From positions 1 to 36,699 of IMG/VR virus record IMGVR_UViG_3300027769_000069: a stretch of 36,699 nucleotides of DNA; one strand, 5' to 3'. The position numbers and the translations under genes were made by a program. Within the stretch, counting starts at the first letter, position 1. Each line of letters opens with the position of its first letter. The DNA is from a virus (Duplodnaviria > Caudoviricetes). This document shows, in pieces, positions 1-10,392 of this stretch. The notes beneath the pieces are model-generated. The model saw only the letters and a list, made by a program, of their open reading frames with translations. It had not been told where the DNA came from and ran no database searches.

Positions 1-49
1 CCACAGGACATCTTCTTACCAGACTTCTTTTTCTTCATCTTTTTAGCCA

Positions 50-286
50 TTATTTCTTTCCTTTCTTAGATTTCTCCCACCTAACGGGCTTAGAACTCTT
101 CTTAGCCTTGACACCCTTGGCGGTGCATTGGGCTTTGGTTGGTCGGCAAGCGGGATAAGAGCCTTCTGAAGAGGCAGACTTGCGACCACACGGCCCACCA
201 GTCTTGCAGTTTACCCAGCCCTTACCATTGTTCCGCTTGAACCAACCATGTAATCCGTACTTCTTCTCTTGAGAAAAGTCAGCCAT
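50..286 (-). CDS. small Lys-rich phage protein (YPACRP motif)
   Basis: 78-aa ORF with WVNC...PCGR...YPACRP, coupled to neighbouring small basic ORFs. Confidence 0.75.
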   Translation of the reverse strand: MADFSQEKKYGLHGWFKRNNGKGWVNCKTGGPCGRKSASSEGSYPACRPTKAQCTAKGVKAKKSSKPVRWEKSKKGKK

Positions 287-399
287 TACTTCATACTCTT
301 CTTAGTCATCATCTTCTTCCCTGTCTTCTTAGCTGCTGCCTCAGCATCAGCCTTACCCTTAGCGGTATATGGGAAGGTCTTCTTACCTACCTTTGGCAT
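286..399 (-). CDS. small basic protein (MPKVGKKTFPYTAKGK...)
   Basis: 37-aa ORF read manually; GGAGG RBS upstream; its stop overlaps the next start. Confidence 0.65.
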   Translation of the reverse strand: MPKVGKKTFPYTAKGKADAEAAAKKTGKKMMTKKSMK

Positions 400-400
400 A

Positions 401-541
401 TTACTTTCCTCCCTTCTTGGTCTTATTGCCCCAGTTTTTGGCACCTACCTTACGGCATTTGACCATTGCGCCTGAAGCATACGCGCTATGTTTACCTTTA
501 TACCTAGCCATTACTTTGTTATAACAGGCATCTTTTGGCAT
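401..541 (-). CDS. small basic protein (MPKDACYNKV...SAYASGAMVKCRK)
   Basis: 46-aa ORF read manually; AAAGGTGA RBS upstream. Confidence 0.65.
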   Translation of the reverse strand: MPKDACYNKVMARYKGKHSAYASGAMVKCRKVGAKNWGNKTKKGGK

Positions 542-574
542 AATAATCACCTTTCTGTGATTCTAACTGCTTGG

Positions 575-742
575 TTATTTGAAAGACTTAAGGGTTTTGG
601 CTAGGTTGCATTGACGCTTTGTCCTAGTACTTAGCTTGCCGCCCTTGCAGTATTGGGTGATTGATTTTCCAGCAGCCTTAGCTTTCTTAGTTAAAGCACC
701 CGGTCTTTTGATTGCACCCTTAATCCAATTCTTTTTAGCCAT
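575..742 (-). CDS. small basic protein (MAKKNWIKGAIKRPGAL...)
   Basis: ORF with AAGGAG RBS before the MAKK start. Confidence 0.75.
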   Translation of the reverse strand: MAKKNWIKGAIKRPGALTKKAKAAGKSITQYCKGGKLSTRTKRQCNLAKTLKSFK

Positions 743-752
743 ATAAATCTCC

Positions 753-2408
753 TTAACTCCACGGTCCAATAGCAGTCAGTGGATTAGAACCCACAGGAAT
801 AAACGCAATATAAGTACCAAAGCCAACAGTGTTTGTACCACCGGGAGCTGCACTGAATGCAATCTTTGGTGTAATTGTAATAGAGTCAACTGTTTTAATT
901 ACACCAGTAATCCAAGCACTGTAACTATTATTATTAAATGTTGTTTGTGTAATCTGACCACCGTTGGTTGTGTTAAAGAAAGCTGTATCTTGTGCTCTTG
1001 ACGCTGCACCACCTGTAGATGGCGTACCTACAGTTGCAAAGTGGATTGTAGGTGGATTAGCAGAAATACCCTCAATAAACCTTAAGAATAAGTTTCTAGC
1101 TGTTGTAGTACCTGTATTTAAAATAAGATAACCACGAATAATATAAGTAGTATTTGCAGCTAAAGTTATAACATCTTGAGGAACATCAAAAATATTTTGA
1201 TCGCCAGTGGCACTGTTTAAAGACTTAGTAGTATTCACAGATGATATCTGCATTACAGGAACAACACCTCTGCCCGAAGCAGCGTTACCGTAAATAACTT
1301 TACCATCATACTCTAAACAACCTCCAACAGATGTTGAAAGAGTTATGGTTGTTAAAGTAAACTTTGGTGATTGGAACTCTACTAAAGATTCAAGAACACC
1401 AGTGCTTAGTGTAGTTCCTGCTGTACCCGTTACAGTTGTTAACCTTGCTCCTGTACCTTTACTAGTCATATCAATAGATAAACCAAAGCTGCTTGCAGAT
1501 GGGGCTGGGGCAATGTCTACTCTACCATTTGTACTGTTCTGGATTCTTTCATTATTTTGTAATGTAATATTACCACCGGCAAATAAAGTTCCTGTAGTAA
1601 GATCTCCTGTTTGCCATTCAAAAAGAGAACCATCAACAGTACCAGAAGCGGCATCAATTATAAAGTCAGTAGCACCGTTACCAATAGTTGTAATTGGTGA
1701 TGTAATAACAACATCTCCAGTTCCATTACTAATTGTTAATGTCCCAGAACCTGGGCCGTTAATACTACCAGTAACATCTATACCAGAAGTAAAGCTTTGT
1801 TTAGCAGTAAATGTTTGTATTTCGTTTAAGAATACTGGAGTATACCAGACTAACTGGGCAACTCTTGGAGATGGAAATGATTGAATCATTAAAGATTCTT
1901 TAGCAATACCCATACTAATAGGCCAGATATACTCATGGTTATTAGCTAAAGTTGATGGGCAAGAGTGAGATACACTTACAGAGTTTGTTAGATTATTTAG
2001 TTGTAACTTACCTAAGTTCTTTACTATAAGACTATCAGCAGATAGGTTATCAGATACAATAACATTATCCGGTAATCCAACTTGAAATCCATATGGTAGT
2101 GCTGGAGTAACTTCTATTTCATTGGTTGTTCCAGTTACAGATACAGTTTCTAAAGCAATTAACCTTGCTTCCCATGAGGATGCATTAGTTGGATCAAATT
2201 GTGAATTAACTATATTAGTTACTTTAGTTAACCCAGCACTAAGTGCCGCAATCTGCGTGTTTGTAGTAGATATAAATTGTAGTGTTGTGTTTTCTAGGGC
2301 AATTAAATCTGCATTAACTTCTATGATTGCAGCTTTTAACTCCTCATCAACATTAAATGCAAGCCTTCTAGCAACGGCTGATTGTTTTCTTCTTTCTAGA
2401 TCACTCAT
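753..2408 (-). CDS. putative tail fibre / virion structural protein
   Basis: 551 aa; N-terminal coiled coil followed by Thr/Gly/Ser-rich beta-like sequence; lies in the structural region after portal. Confidence 0.6.
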   Translation of the reverse strand: MSDLERRKQSAVARRLAFNVDEELKAAIIEVNADLIALENTTLQFISTTNTQIAALSAGLTKVTNIVNSQFDPTNASSWEARLIALETVSVTGTTNEIEVTPALPYGFQVGLPDNVIVSDNLSADSLIVKNLGKLQLNNLTNSVSVSHSCPSTLANNHEYIWPISMGIAKESLMIQSFPSPRVAQLVWYTPVFLNEIQTFTAKQSFTSGIDVTGSINGPGSGTLTISNGTGDVVITSPITTIGNGATDFIIDAASGTVDGSLFEWQTGDLTTGTLFAGGNITLQNNERIQNSTNGRVDIAPAPSASSFGLSIDMTSKGTGARLTTVTGTAGTTLSTGVLESLVEFQSPKFTLTTITLSTSVGGCLEYDGKVIYGNAASGRGVVPVMQISSVNTTKSLNSATGDQNIFDVPQDVITLAANTTYIIRGYLILNTGTTTARNLFLRFIEGISANPPTIHFATVGTPSTGGAASRAQDTAFFNTTNGGQITQTTFNNNSYSAWITGVIKTVDSITITPKIAFSAAPGGTNTVGFGTYIAFIPVGSNPLTAIGPWS

Positions 2409-2704
2409 TTCTTACACTTCCTACCCTTGGGGCAGGAAGCTTTAGAACCACCAGGCCCAGCCCAAAGGTTTTTACAGGCCCAGTACTTTGCTGATAGTTT
2501 ATTGTTAGCACTAGCACAGTTGTGTCTAGCCTTAAAGCTTTTACGAGCACCCTCGGAATAATTGTGACCGTAACCTTCAGCACCAAAGTGAATAATCTTT
2601 TCTTGCCCACCAGAACAAGCCTTAACCATTCTCTTTTTACCGGGAGATGTTGATGGTCTTGGTTTATTACAAGTCATTGATTTTTTATCTACTTGCTTTG
2701 CCAT
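2405..2704 (-). CDS. small basic conserved phage protein
   Basis: 99 aa with KIIHFG...SFKARHNC...SAKYWAC; stop overlaps start of the next gene. Confidence 0.75.
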   Translation of the reverse strand: MAKQVDKKSMTCNKPRPSTSPGKKRMVKACSGGQEKIIHFGAEGYGHNYSEGARKSFKARHNCASANNKLSAKYWACKNLWAGPGGSKASCPKGRKCKK

Positions 2705-2705
2705 A

Positions 2706-4310
2706 TTAAACTCCTAGGCTTGGGCCTAAAATCTTTAGTGCTTGTTCCGCAAACTGAGGTGGAATATTCTTGCCACCATTCTGCACTAGGTCTTGCTGTG
2801 CAGCATTGCCTACGGTATTCAATGCAGACTGTGCATACATCTTCTGCATTTCCATTTGCTGTTGTCTATCAGAAGCAGCCATTGCTTCTTTCTTAAGATC
2901 CTCTTCACTCTTGACCCAATTAGATGGATCAAAACCAAGCGAAGTAATCAAAGCTCTAGCATATGATTCCCACTTAAACGAGCTTGCTGCTTGTTCTGGT
3001 AGGTTTCTAACCATCTCACCCATTTGCAATAGTTTGGTAAGATCAGATTCTCTTGACAAGGATTGAAGACCAGTTAAGATTTCAATGTTAAGGATACCAT
3101 CCTTTTCATCAAACTGTTCTTTCATTCCTGGATCAATCTCATTGTTTTGTAACATTAAATAAATTGTACGTTTGACAACCGGAACCATAAAGTCCCTGGC
3201 GATTGCGGAGAATGTACCGCCAAGGATTGTTTCTAGTTCATTACCTACAGCACGCACAGCAGTAGCTGTAACTCTATCACCAGTTGGCATAGAAGCTGTT
3301 TGTAATAGGAAACCTTGGCCGACTTCTCTACGCATATTCTCTACGGCAGCGTTACCAACCTGTAATTGTGGGTTGATAGTATCGCCCGGAGAAATGGTAA
3401 ATACATCCGACTTGCGAGCAGGAACCCACTGGCCATTCACAGCAACAGATAGGTCATCAAGCTCTGTAATACCAGCAGGATCTACGCCCATGAAGAAGGT
3501 AGACCCAGCACCCATCCCTTGAATCAAAGCCCGTGTATAAGCTTCTAAGGTCTTTATGTCTGAGTATATATCTTCAACATGGGATCTGCCATAGTCTTCT
3601 CCTGCAACACTTGACCAACGAAGAATAACATATGGTAGAACATCGTAGTATCCTACATCAATTACTGTTCCGTCTAATTCTTTTTCTACTTTCCAGTTAC
3701 CTTCATCTGTCTGAGACACACGAATGTAAACTGTTTTAAATCCACTTTGATGTTCTTCACCAGCCATAAAGTCATAAGCACTTGCTGGTTCTTCATTACT
3801 TGGTGAAACAAACTCAAGGTAAATAAATTCCTTTACATCTCCATTAACATCTCGTCTAATAACAAATTGATCAAGACGAACAACACGATAAGAGAAATCA
3901 TTTTCCATAATAATCAGTACATCACCAACTACAATTAGGTGTTGCATTGCTAAGTATGATGCTTCTCTTAGGTTGTTAGATATAAGTTTCCGATAGACCT
4001 GATAGGATAGCTTGTCTAAATATTCTGAAATTTCTGGGCTAGGTTCTCTACCATTCTTAAGACCAAAAGAAAAGAATGGAGTATCATTTAGTGGAATAAG
4101 AACACTAAGAATCTTACTAGCTAAGGAAGTAACTCCACGAGATTGGACTGAAGAGTATGTCTGAAACAAGTTATCTTGTTGTGACATAGATTGATACGGC
4201 AATAGGGAGGGTACGGTTATTGCCGAGCAAGCTCTTGATTTATTTAATTTGGTATCTCTCTTGGCATGTAGAACAAGCCACCTATCTTTTATGGTCTTTT
4301 CGGAATTCAT
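2706..4310 (-). CDS. head-tail connector (portal), T7 gp8-like
   Basis: 534 aa; SRGVTSLASK, GEDYGRS and DRVTATAVR motifs typical of T7-like portals. Confidence 0.93.
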   Translation of the reverse strand: MNSEKTIKDRWLVLHAKRDTKLNKSRACSAITVPSLLPYQSMSQQDNLFQTYSSVQSRGVTSLASKILSVLIPLNDTPFFSFGLKNGREPSPEISEYLDKLSYQVYRKLISNNLREASYLAMQHLIVVGDVLIIMENDFSYRVVRLDQFVIRRDVNGDVKEFIYLEFVSPSNEEPASAYDFMAGEEHQSGFKTVYIRVSQTDEGNWKVEKELDGTVIDVGYYDVLPYVILRWSSVAGEDYGRSHVEDIYSDIKTLEAYTRALIQGMGAGSTFFMGVDPAGITELDDLSVAVNGQWVPARKSDVFTISPGDTINPQLQVGNAAVENMRREVGQGFLLQTASMPTGDRVTATAVRAVGNELETILGGTFSAIARDFMVPVVKRTIYLMLQNNEIDPGMKEQFDEKDGILNIEILTGLQSLSRESDLTKLLQMGEMVRNLPEQAASSFKWESYARALITSLGFDPSNWVKSEEDLKKEAMAASDRQQQMEMQKMYAQSALNTVGNAAQQDLVQNGGKNIPPQFAEQALKILGPSLGV

Positions 4311-4319
4311 TTACTCTCC

Positions 4320-4673
4320 TTATTCTGGTCTTGTTTCTTGTTCGTACTCTGGTCTTTCAATTGTTGGAGCATCTAGATTAAACCCCATACCTTCGGAGTC
4401 TGTTTCTTCTCCAACCTGACCAGTCATTTCAGCAAAGACAGCAGCTTCTTGTTCTTCTTGTGCTCTTAGTTCTTCTTCTTTAGCTAGAGCAGCTTCTTGT
4501 CTACGCTCTGCTTCTTCTTCCTTCTCCTGCTCTCGCTGAACTCTTAGTCTTTCTTCTGCTTCAAGTTGCATTTGCTTTTGTGCTTCTAATGCTTCTCTTT
4601 GCATGTCTCTTTGAAATTGAGTTTGCTGTTCCCAGCTAGGTCCTCTGGACCCACCTTTACCACCACCTCCCAT
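4320..4673 (-). CDS. hypothetical E/Q-rich coiled-coil protein preceding portal
   Basis: 117 aa beginning MGGGGK; occupies the position of T7 gp7.3-like genes. Confidence 0.7.
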   Translation of the reverse strand: MGGGGKGGSRGPSWEQQTQFQRDMQREALEAQKQMQLEAEERLRVQREQEKEEEAERRQEAALAKEEELRAQEEQEAAVFAEMTGQVGEETDSEGMGFNLDAPTIERPEYEQETRPE

Positions 4674-4675
4674 AG

Positions 4676-4846
4676 TTACTTCCTTTCTTGGGCATTATAC
4701 ATTGCCCGTATCTTCTGAACTAGTTCCACTTGTCCCGCTTTGTAACCCCTTTGATAATCTTTTAATTCTAGGTCGCTTGGATATAGGATTATCAACTTCT
4801 CCAAGTGTTGTACTAGTTCCTTGGATATTCTTAGGTTTTCTTTCAT
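4676..4846 (-). CDS. small conserved phage protein (MKENLRISKELV...AGQVELVQKI)
   Basis: 56-aa ORF read manually in an alternate frame to the 4695..4964 ORF; ends just before the next gene. Confidence 0.6.
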   Translation of the reverse strand: MKENLRISKELVQHLEKLIILYPSDLELKDYQRGYKAGQVELVQKIRAMYNAQERK

Positions 4847-4944
4847 TTTCTATAGTTCCATTCTTGTAATCATTAAGTACTTTTAAAACCAAGTGGAGGT
4901 CGGGGTCACGAATGACCCCTAACTTCCACTGCTTTAAAAGAATT

Positions 4945-5181
4945 TCAAGTCGGTTCATGTTCATCTGATTCCTTAATCATAATGTTTAGCATGAAATTCT
5001 TGGGGCCTGGTTCTATTTTATTTTCATAAATAGCTTCATGGAAATTATCTAAAAAGATTTTAACCATTGACTTATTATGAAACCCTACATCGAGTGTAGA
5101 GTTAGTAAGTTTAACTAGGTTAATAGCTTCTTTAACAACAGCATCCATGTCATATTCTGACTCTACAAATCTTGTTGGCAT
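4945..5181 (-). CDS. hypothetical protein
   Basis: 78 aa with AAGGAGG RBS. Confidence 0.7.
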   Translation of the reverse strand: MPTRFVESEYDMDAVVKEAINLVKLTNSTLDVGFHNKSMVKIFLDNFHEAIYENKIEPGPKNFMLNIMIKESDEHEPT

Positions 5182-5190
5182 AGAACCTCC

Positions 5191-7107
5191 TTATACAAGC
5201 TCACAACCATTAGCTGTGCAAGCCATAGCGTGAGCTGTCTTAGTTGAATCTTCTAGTTCATACTTGGATAATAAGCTCCAGTTTACATGTGTTGGCATCT
5301 TAGCTTCCATTGCTTCATACTCTTGTAGAGTAATAGATTCAAATGGAGCTTGTTGATAAACATGATCTTCAGATGGTAAGAATGAAACACCGGATACTAG
5401 GTTCCAGTTTTCCCATAACCAACCACCAATATACATAAAGTCAATGTCACTATAGTTTACAGTTACACTTGGCTTATGGTCGCAGTACCATAATTGATAA
5501 GCTAACCACAGATTTAAATGACCAATAGCATTTATTTCTTTTTGTGTTACACCAAAGTCAGCCTTAATAGGAAATGAAAACACAGCTGTGTGATCTGGTT
5601 TCATTACGCACGGCTCACTTGGTATACCAGAATCTCGCATGAAGTTAGCCATAGGTGAATCCTTTTCCATCCTGATACGACGAATATAATAATGATCGTA
5701 TCGTGGGTGTAGACCACTGGCTGAACCAGCAACACAAGATGTAGTTCCTTCTGGCTTGATACAAGTAATTGACTTACTTGGCTCAATCATAAGAACATCA
5801 GCCCATGCTTTGTTAATACCATGTGCTACAAACTTAAGTGCTTCTAGTAACTTCTTAAGTTCTTGTGCACCTTGGCCACCATTGGTTAGACTATTGTCAA
5901 AGATACCAGTCATACTAACACCTAGCAATCTTTCTTCTTTGCAGTTAGTTTCAAATGATGAATCATTATTACTAGCGAAGTAAGTAAAGTTTGTAAATGC
6001 TGATTGAATAGTACCAAGGATTGTAGCTAGTCTAATCTTTTCAATTAGCTGTGGTGCTTGGTCGTTAGGCTTTACTACAACTGTACTGAGATTGCAGAAT
6101 TGATTTGGTCTAAGAATAATTTCAGAGCATGGGTTAGTACCAAACTTAAAGTCTGGATTTCTACCAGCCTTGGCAGCAATACTCTTCATTGCTTCTCTAT
6201 TACAAATGCCACGCTCACCTGATCGTGAGTCATATAAAGATGACCACTCTTTTAGGAATGTACCCATGTCTGGCTTTGTTTCATAGACAGCAGAGTTATT
6301 AGCTAATGATCTACGACCATTCTTTTCCCACCAAGGACCACTCTTTGCGTGGGCCATCTCGTAATCGCTAAGGTCTGATAAGCTAATTAGTGCAGACCGC
6401 CTTACGCCACCACTAATAATACTGTCAGCAATCTGACATACAAGATCGTGTACTTCAATTGGTTTTAGTTTACGACCCCGAGCACTATAGAAGATGTTTG
6501 CTGTGAATTTAATAAGACGAATGAATGGTTCTGGGCCTGAGGCTCTACCACCAAAAGTCTTAAGTCTAGTACCGGCTGGTCGTATTTTACTTACGTCAAC
6601 CATAAAATGCTTACCATTGAACAGTTCTGTAATAAAATACTTATAAGCATTAGCCCAACCTTCTCTAGAATCTTCAACTACTATGGCAGAATCTACTTGT
6701 TCTAGATTATTGGGTACTTGAGATAGATTATTAATCTCATCTCTCTCTACAGAGAAGCCAACACCAGTGCCGCAAGCAAGAGTATAAAGAATATTAGAAA
6801 AAGATTCTACAGAGTTTACGGCAACATAGCAACAATTATAAGCAGCCACATCGTCCTTATCTAATGCTGAGCCAGCAGTCATTAGTGCTCTCATAGATCC
6901 AAAGATCTCGCGGTTTATCATCATCTGTTTAGCCTTATTAAGATCTTCCATCATTGATAATGGTAGCTTCTTCTTAAGATCAAACCGACTATTTAAGTAG
7001 TCAAAGTATCTAGTAACGGCTTCTTCCCAAGTTTCTCGTCTACCTAACTCGGGAACCCAACGGCAATACTTGTCTACTGCCACGAAATCTTCAAATATCT
7101 TACTCAT
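5191..7107 (-). CDS. nrdJ: class II (B12-dependent) ribonucleotide reductase
   Basis: YNC, GGVRRSA, GTNPCSEI, TCIKPEGT, HKPSVT and C-terminal ACTANGCE. Confidence 0.93.
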   Translation of the reverse strand: MSKIFEDFVAVDKYCRWVPELGRRETWEEAVTRYFDYLNSRFDLKKKLPLSMMEDLNKAKQMMINREIFGSMRALMTAGSALDKDDVAAYNCCYVAVNSVESFSNILYTLACGTGVGFSVERDEINNLSQVPNNLEQVDSAIVVEDSREGWANAYKYFITELFNGKHFMVDVSKIRPAGTRLKTFGGRASGPEPFIRLIKFTANIFYSARGRKLKPIEVHDLVCQIADSIISGGVRRSALISLSDLSDYEMAHAKSGPWWEKNGRRSLANNSAVYETKPDMGTFLKEWSSLYDSRSGERGICNREAMKSIAAKAGRNPDFKFGTNPCSEIILRPNQFCNLSTVVVKPNDQAPQLIEKIRLATILGTIQSAFTNFTYFASNNDSSFETNCKEERLLGVSMTGIFDNSLTNGGQGAQELKKLLEALKFVAHGINKAWADVLMIEPSKSITCIKPEGTTSCVAGSASGLHPRYDHYYIRRIRMEKDSPMANFMRDSGIPSEPCVMKPDHTAVFSFPIKADFGVTQKEINAIGHLNLWLAYQLWYCDHKPSVTVNYSDIDFMYIGGWLWENWNLVSGVSFLPSEDHVYQQAPFESITLQEYEAMEAKMPTHVNWSLLSKYELEDSTKTAHAMACTANGCELV

Positions 7108-7895
7108 TCTTTCTCCTTCTGTAAGTCTAAAATGTTTCTAACAGTCAGGTTATTAGGACTCCAAAGGGTAATCTGTCTTGTTTCTTTATTGAAATCGCCG
7201 TTCCTAAGAATCCTAACACACCTAGCTTGAGACATAGCAAAGTCGTTGGGTGCCATACTTGGCACCTTATCTTCTGGCCTTTTTGACCAGTCTTCTGCTA
7301 GGTACATATCCATAATAACCTTATCCCATTCTTCTGGTGGGTGGTTATCTAGTACCTTCTTTGCTTTAGCTGGGCCTACTTTCCACAAGCCCCAAATATT
7401 ATCAGTAGTATCACCTGTCATCCATTGTTGGTAGAAATATCTATCAGCTTCTGGTTCAGTAACACACACGGGTTCTGTTTCTTTATCTGGATTCCAATGC
7501 CATCCTGGAATCTGACGAAGATCTTTATCAACAGTAACACCAATACAACGACCCTCAGAAACAACCATACCAATAAGATCATCTGCTTCTAAATTATCTA
7601 CACACCTAGTTGTCAACTTGGTATCATAGATACATTCAATAGCATACTTCATTGAGTCTGGTGCTTTGAAATCATCTCTATGTCTTTTGTATTCTGGCCA
7701 GAACATACGCCTGTAGTTCTTTTCCCTGGGGCACGACATAGCAACATATACCGTGTCCACACCAGCGGGAGTCCAGTTAAGGATGTCTTGGTTGATTCTT
7801 TCTTGCAGTGCGTCAATACCTTCTTGGTCTGCCCAGAACGCCGCACGATAGGCCAAAATATCTCCATCCAGAATAGCTTCATTTGGTTTAATCAT
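7104..7895 (-). CDS. 5'-3' exonuclease, T7 gp6-like
   Basis: LDGDILAY, YKRHR, LEADD, DKDLRQIPG, GDTTDNI, GPAKA. Confidence 0.92.
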   Translation of the reverse strand: MIKPNEAILDGDILAYRAAFWADQEGIDALQERINQDILNWTPAGVDTVYVAMSCPREKNYRRMFWPEYKRHRDDFKAPDSMKYAIECIYDTKLTTRCVDNLEADDLIGMVVSEGRCIGVTVDKDLRQIPGWHWNPDKETEPVCVTEPEADRYFYQQWMTGDTTDNIWGLWKVGPAKAKKVLDNHPPEEWDKVIMDMYLAEDWSKRPEDKVPSMAPNDFAMSQARCVRILRNGDFNKETRQITLWSPNNLTVRNILDLQKEKE

Positions 7896-8535
7896 CCTCT
7901 TCTGTCCAATCCATTTCTTCAATTTCTAGTTTACCTAGTTCAACCCAAGCATCAAAGTCAGAATTAATATCTTCCTTTAGATGAGCTACAGTAGAACCAT
8001 TAAACAAAATAATATCAAACAAATCTTCGTAGTCACTATTTGGTTTACCGAATGAATCTTCTGCTTTGTTAGCTAGCTCTTCGCTTTCATGGGTTCTCCA
8101 AGTAGCATTATGTTCTGGTAGTTCTCTACCACCAGAGTCTACAAAGATTTGAATTGCTGCAAGTTCTCTACCAAGAGCAAGCTCATTCATGTATCTAACA
8201 TCATCTTGAATAAGAACGTACTCCCAGTATTCTTTTTCTTCAAGTTGATTATCTACTTCCTTTAGCATATACTCTTGAATAGATTCAAATGTTTTATTGA
8301 TCCAGTAATTTGGATCTTCCTTGCGCTTGCCAGCACCAAGTTCTTGACAGAACTTACGATACTCATCTGGGTTTGATTCCTTAGAGTATCCAAGTTCTGC
8401 TGCTGCTTTCTTTAATGAGTCAGCAAACGGAAGAATAACTGGAATAAATCCAGATTCAAATGCTTTCTTCTGTATTTCTTGGGCTACAGTTGTTTTTCCA
8501 ACTCGACCCTTGCCACTGATTTGAAAGATTCTCAT
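7888..8535 (-). CDS. deoxynucleoside monophosphate kinase
   Basis: P-loop SGKGRVGKTT, FADSLK, DDVRYMNE, HESE. Confidence 0.85.
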   Translation of the reverse strand: MRIFQISGKGRVGKTTVAQEIQKKAFESGFIPVILPFADSLKKAAAELGYSKESNPDEYRKFCQELGAGKRKEDPNYWINKTFESIQEYMLKEVDNQLEEKEYWEYVLIQDDVRYMNELALGRELAAIQIFVDSGGRELPEHNATWRTHESEELANKAEDSFGKPNSDYEDLFDIILFNGSTVAHLKEDINSDFDAWVELGKLEIEEMDWTEEDD

Positions 8536-8671
8536 TGTGTATGTGTCTCCAATTGCGAATAATATATCCTAGTCCAATGTTACCTCGTTCATATTCAATA
8601 ACAATGGGATGATTTGGATTGTTTGCTATAAACTCGTTTACTTGTCTCATAAAGTATACTGCATCTGTCAT
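8456..8671 (-). CDS. hypothetical protein
   Basis: 71-aa ORF coupled to the DNA polymerase stop. Confidence 0.55.
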   Translation of the reverse strand: MTDAVYFMRQVNEFIANNPNHPIVIEYERGNIGLGYIIRNWRHIHNENLSNQWQGSSWKNNCSPRNTEESI

Positions 8672-10392
8672 TAGTGTGTCTCCGACCAGTTATTACCAAT
8701 CTTGTATTCAGCTTCAATTAGACAGTTACACTTCATTAGATCACCAGCAGTGGTTGCTGATTCACAGATTATATTACCAATCTTGTGAGCATACTCTGGA
8801 TCACACTCTAGCTGAAGTTCGTCATGGACTGAGGCTACCCAAGCAAAATTGGATGAACCTACTTCTAGTTGCAATCTATGATTAGCAACACAAGCCCAAG
8901 CCTTGGCAATGTGGGCACCAGATGACTGGAGTAGGGTATTGAGAGCAGCATGTTCCTTACGAACGGGAATGGGTCGCCATCCAAATGGCTTGACAACACC
9001 ATCACTGAGAGTAGAGAAACGACACTGATCAATCAGCTTCTTAAGTCCGGGAATATTTGACAACAACTTATTCTTTACTTGCTTTGCCTTGTAGGTAGAA
9101 CAACCAATAGTCTTGCCAAACTTCTCATCGCCACCACCATACAAGAAGCAATAGATTGCAGTCTTGGCTGTGGATCTAGACTCTAGTTCCATAGCTTTCT
9201 GGTTGTGTGTATGGACATCACCTTCGCATACTTCCTTGGCATATGTGCCTCCGTCGTATGGATGTAAGTAATGTGCCAGCATCCGTAGCTCAAGACCCTT
9301 GAGATCAGAGCCAACCAGTACCCACCCATCCCGTGGCTTGAATAGAGCACGGGCACGGGGATCTGAGTGAACCTGTTGCATGTTAGGTTCCTTAGCAGAC
9401 ATTCTACCAGTAATAGTACCAAGGATATTTACATATCCGTGGATACGATTGTCTCGACTTGTCTTAGCTCGGCTAACCCAATCAGATACTTGACCCATTA
9501 GTTTGATAAGGTCGAAGTACTTGCACAGTGTCTTTGCTTCTGGATATTCTAGTTGAGATAGAACATCATGATCAACCTTTGGGTTTCCCTTGTCTGTTTC
9601 TGGTGGTTCCCAACCATACTTTTCCTGTAGTCTTTCAGCAATTTGCTGACGAGAACCAGGATTAAACACCTCAATCTTATCCTTAAGTTGCTTACCAGTT
9701 TTCTCAGAGACTCGCTTGATAATCTTGTCTGGGAAGATGCGTCGCATTTCATCTTCAATCTGTGACTTTTCAATCAACAGTTCCATTTCAAGATTCTCTG
9801 CCTTTTCTAGATCAAAACTAAAACCATTTTCTACTTGACCAGAGATCATGTCAGCAACGACATGCTCCATCTTGATTGCTCTTGAGTAGGTTTCCCAATA
9901 CTTAGAGCTAGTCAAGTGGTTGTAAAGCTTAGCAGTTACAACAGAATCCTGCAAGCAATAGTCACCCATCTCCTTAGAGTATGCATCCCAACCACCTTGG
10001 TAGTCAGACTTACATTCCTTTAGGTATTCACCCCAGGATCTAAGTGAGTTGCTTTGGTCAGCTGTTGGCGGTGTTTCTGGATACATCATTCTGGCTAGAA
10101 TAAGAGTATCAATTACACCAGTAAATGGTTCCTTGTTTAGTGGACCATACAATCTTTCAATAAATGGGATATCAAACCCATAGATGTTATGACCAACAAT
10201 TGTATCTGCTTGTCTTAGTAGTTCAATACCAACTTCAAGGTTGTCTTGTTCAAACAGGAATGAATCTCCTGATAGAATATCAACAATTGATAGGCACCAG
10301 ATCTTGCTGCCTTCCTTGATATAAGTCTTCTTCTTACCAGCAATTACTTCATTAAGTCCATCTGCTTCGACATCAAATGCTAATATTTTCAT
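8671..10392 (-). CDS. family A DNA polymerase, T7 gp5-like
   Basis: Exo DVE, GHNIYGFD, YCLQD; polymerase motifs DLKGLELR, AKTAIYCFLYG, VHDE. Confidence 0.96.
   Translation of the reverse strand: MKILAFDVEADGLNEVIAGKKKTYIKEGSKIWCLSIVDILSGDSFLFEQDNLEVGIELLRQADTIVGHNIYGFDIPFIERLYGPLNKEPFTGVIDTLILARMMYPETPPTADQSNSLRSWGEYLKECKSDYQGGWDAYSKEMGDYCLQDSVVTAKLYNHLTSSKYWETYSRAIKMEHVVADMISGQVENGFSFDLEKAENLEMELLIEKSQIEDEMRRIFPDKIIKRVSEKTGKQLKDKIEVFNPGSRQQIAERLQEKYGWEPPETDKGNPKVDHDVLSQLEYPEAKTLCKYFDLIKLMGQVSDWVSRAKTSRDNRIHGYVNILGTITGRMSAKEPNMQQVHSDPRARALFKPRDGWVLVGSDLKGLELRMLAHYLHPYDGGTYAKEVCEGDVHTHNQKAMELESRSTAKTAIYCFLYGGGDEKFGKTIGCSTYKAKQVKNKLLSNIPGLKKLIDQCRFSTLSDGVVKPFGWRPIPVRKEHAALNTLLQSSGAHIAKAWACVANHRLQLEVGSSNFAWVASVHDELQLECDPEYAHKIGNIICESATTAGDLMKCNCLIEAEYKIGNNWSETH

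Noticed and set aside
1345-3522. Plus-strand ORFs over the tail fibre and portal genes
   Set aside because: Antisense to well-supported genes
4695-4964. 89-aa ORF as the only gene in this interval
   Set aside because: Its 3' half overlaps a more protein-like 56-aa ORF (4676..4846); only the 5' half may be real
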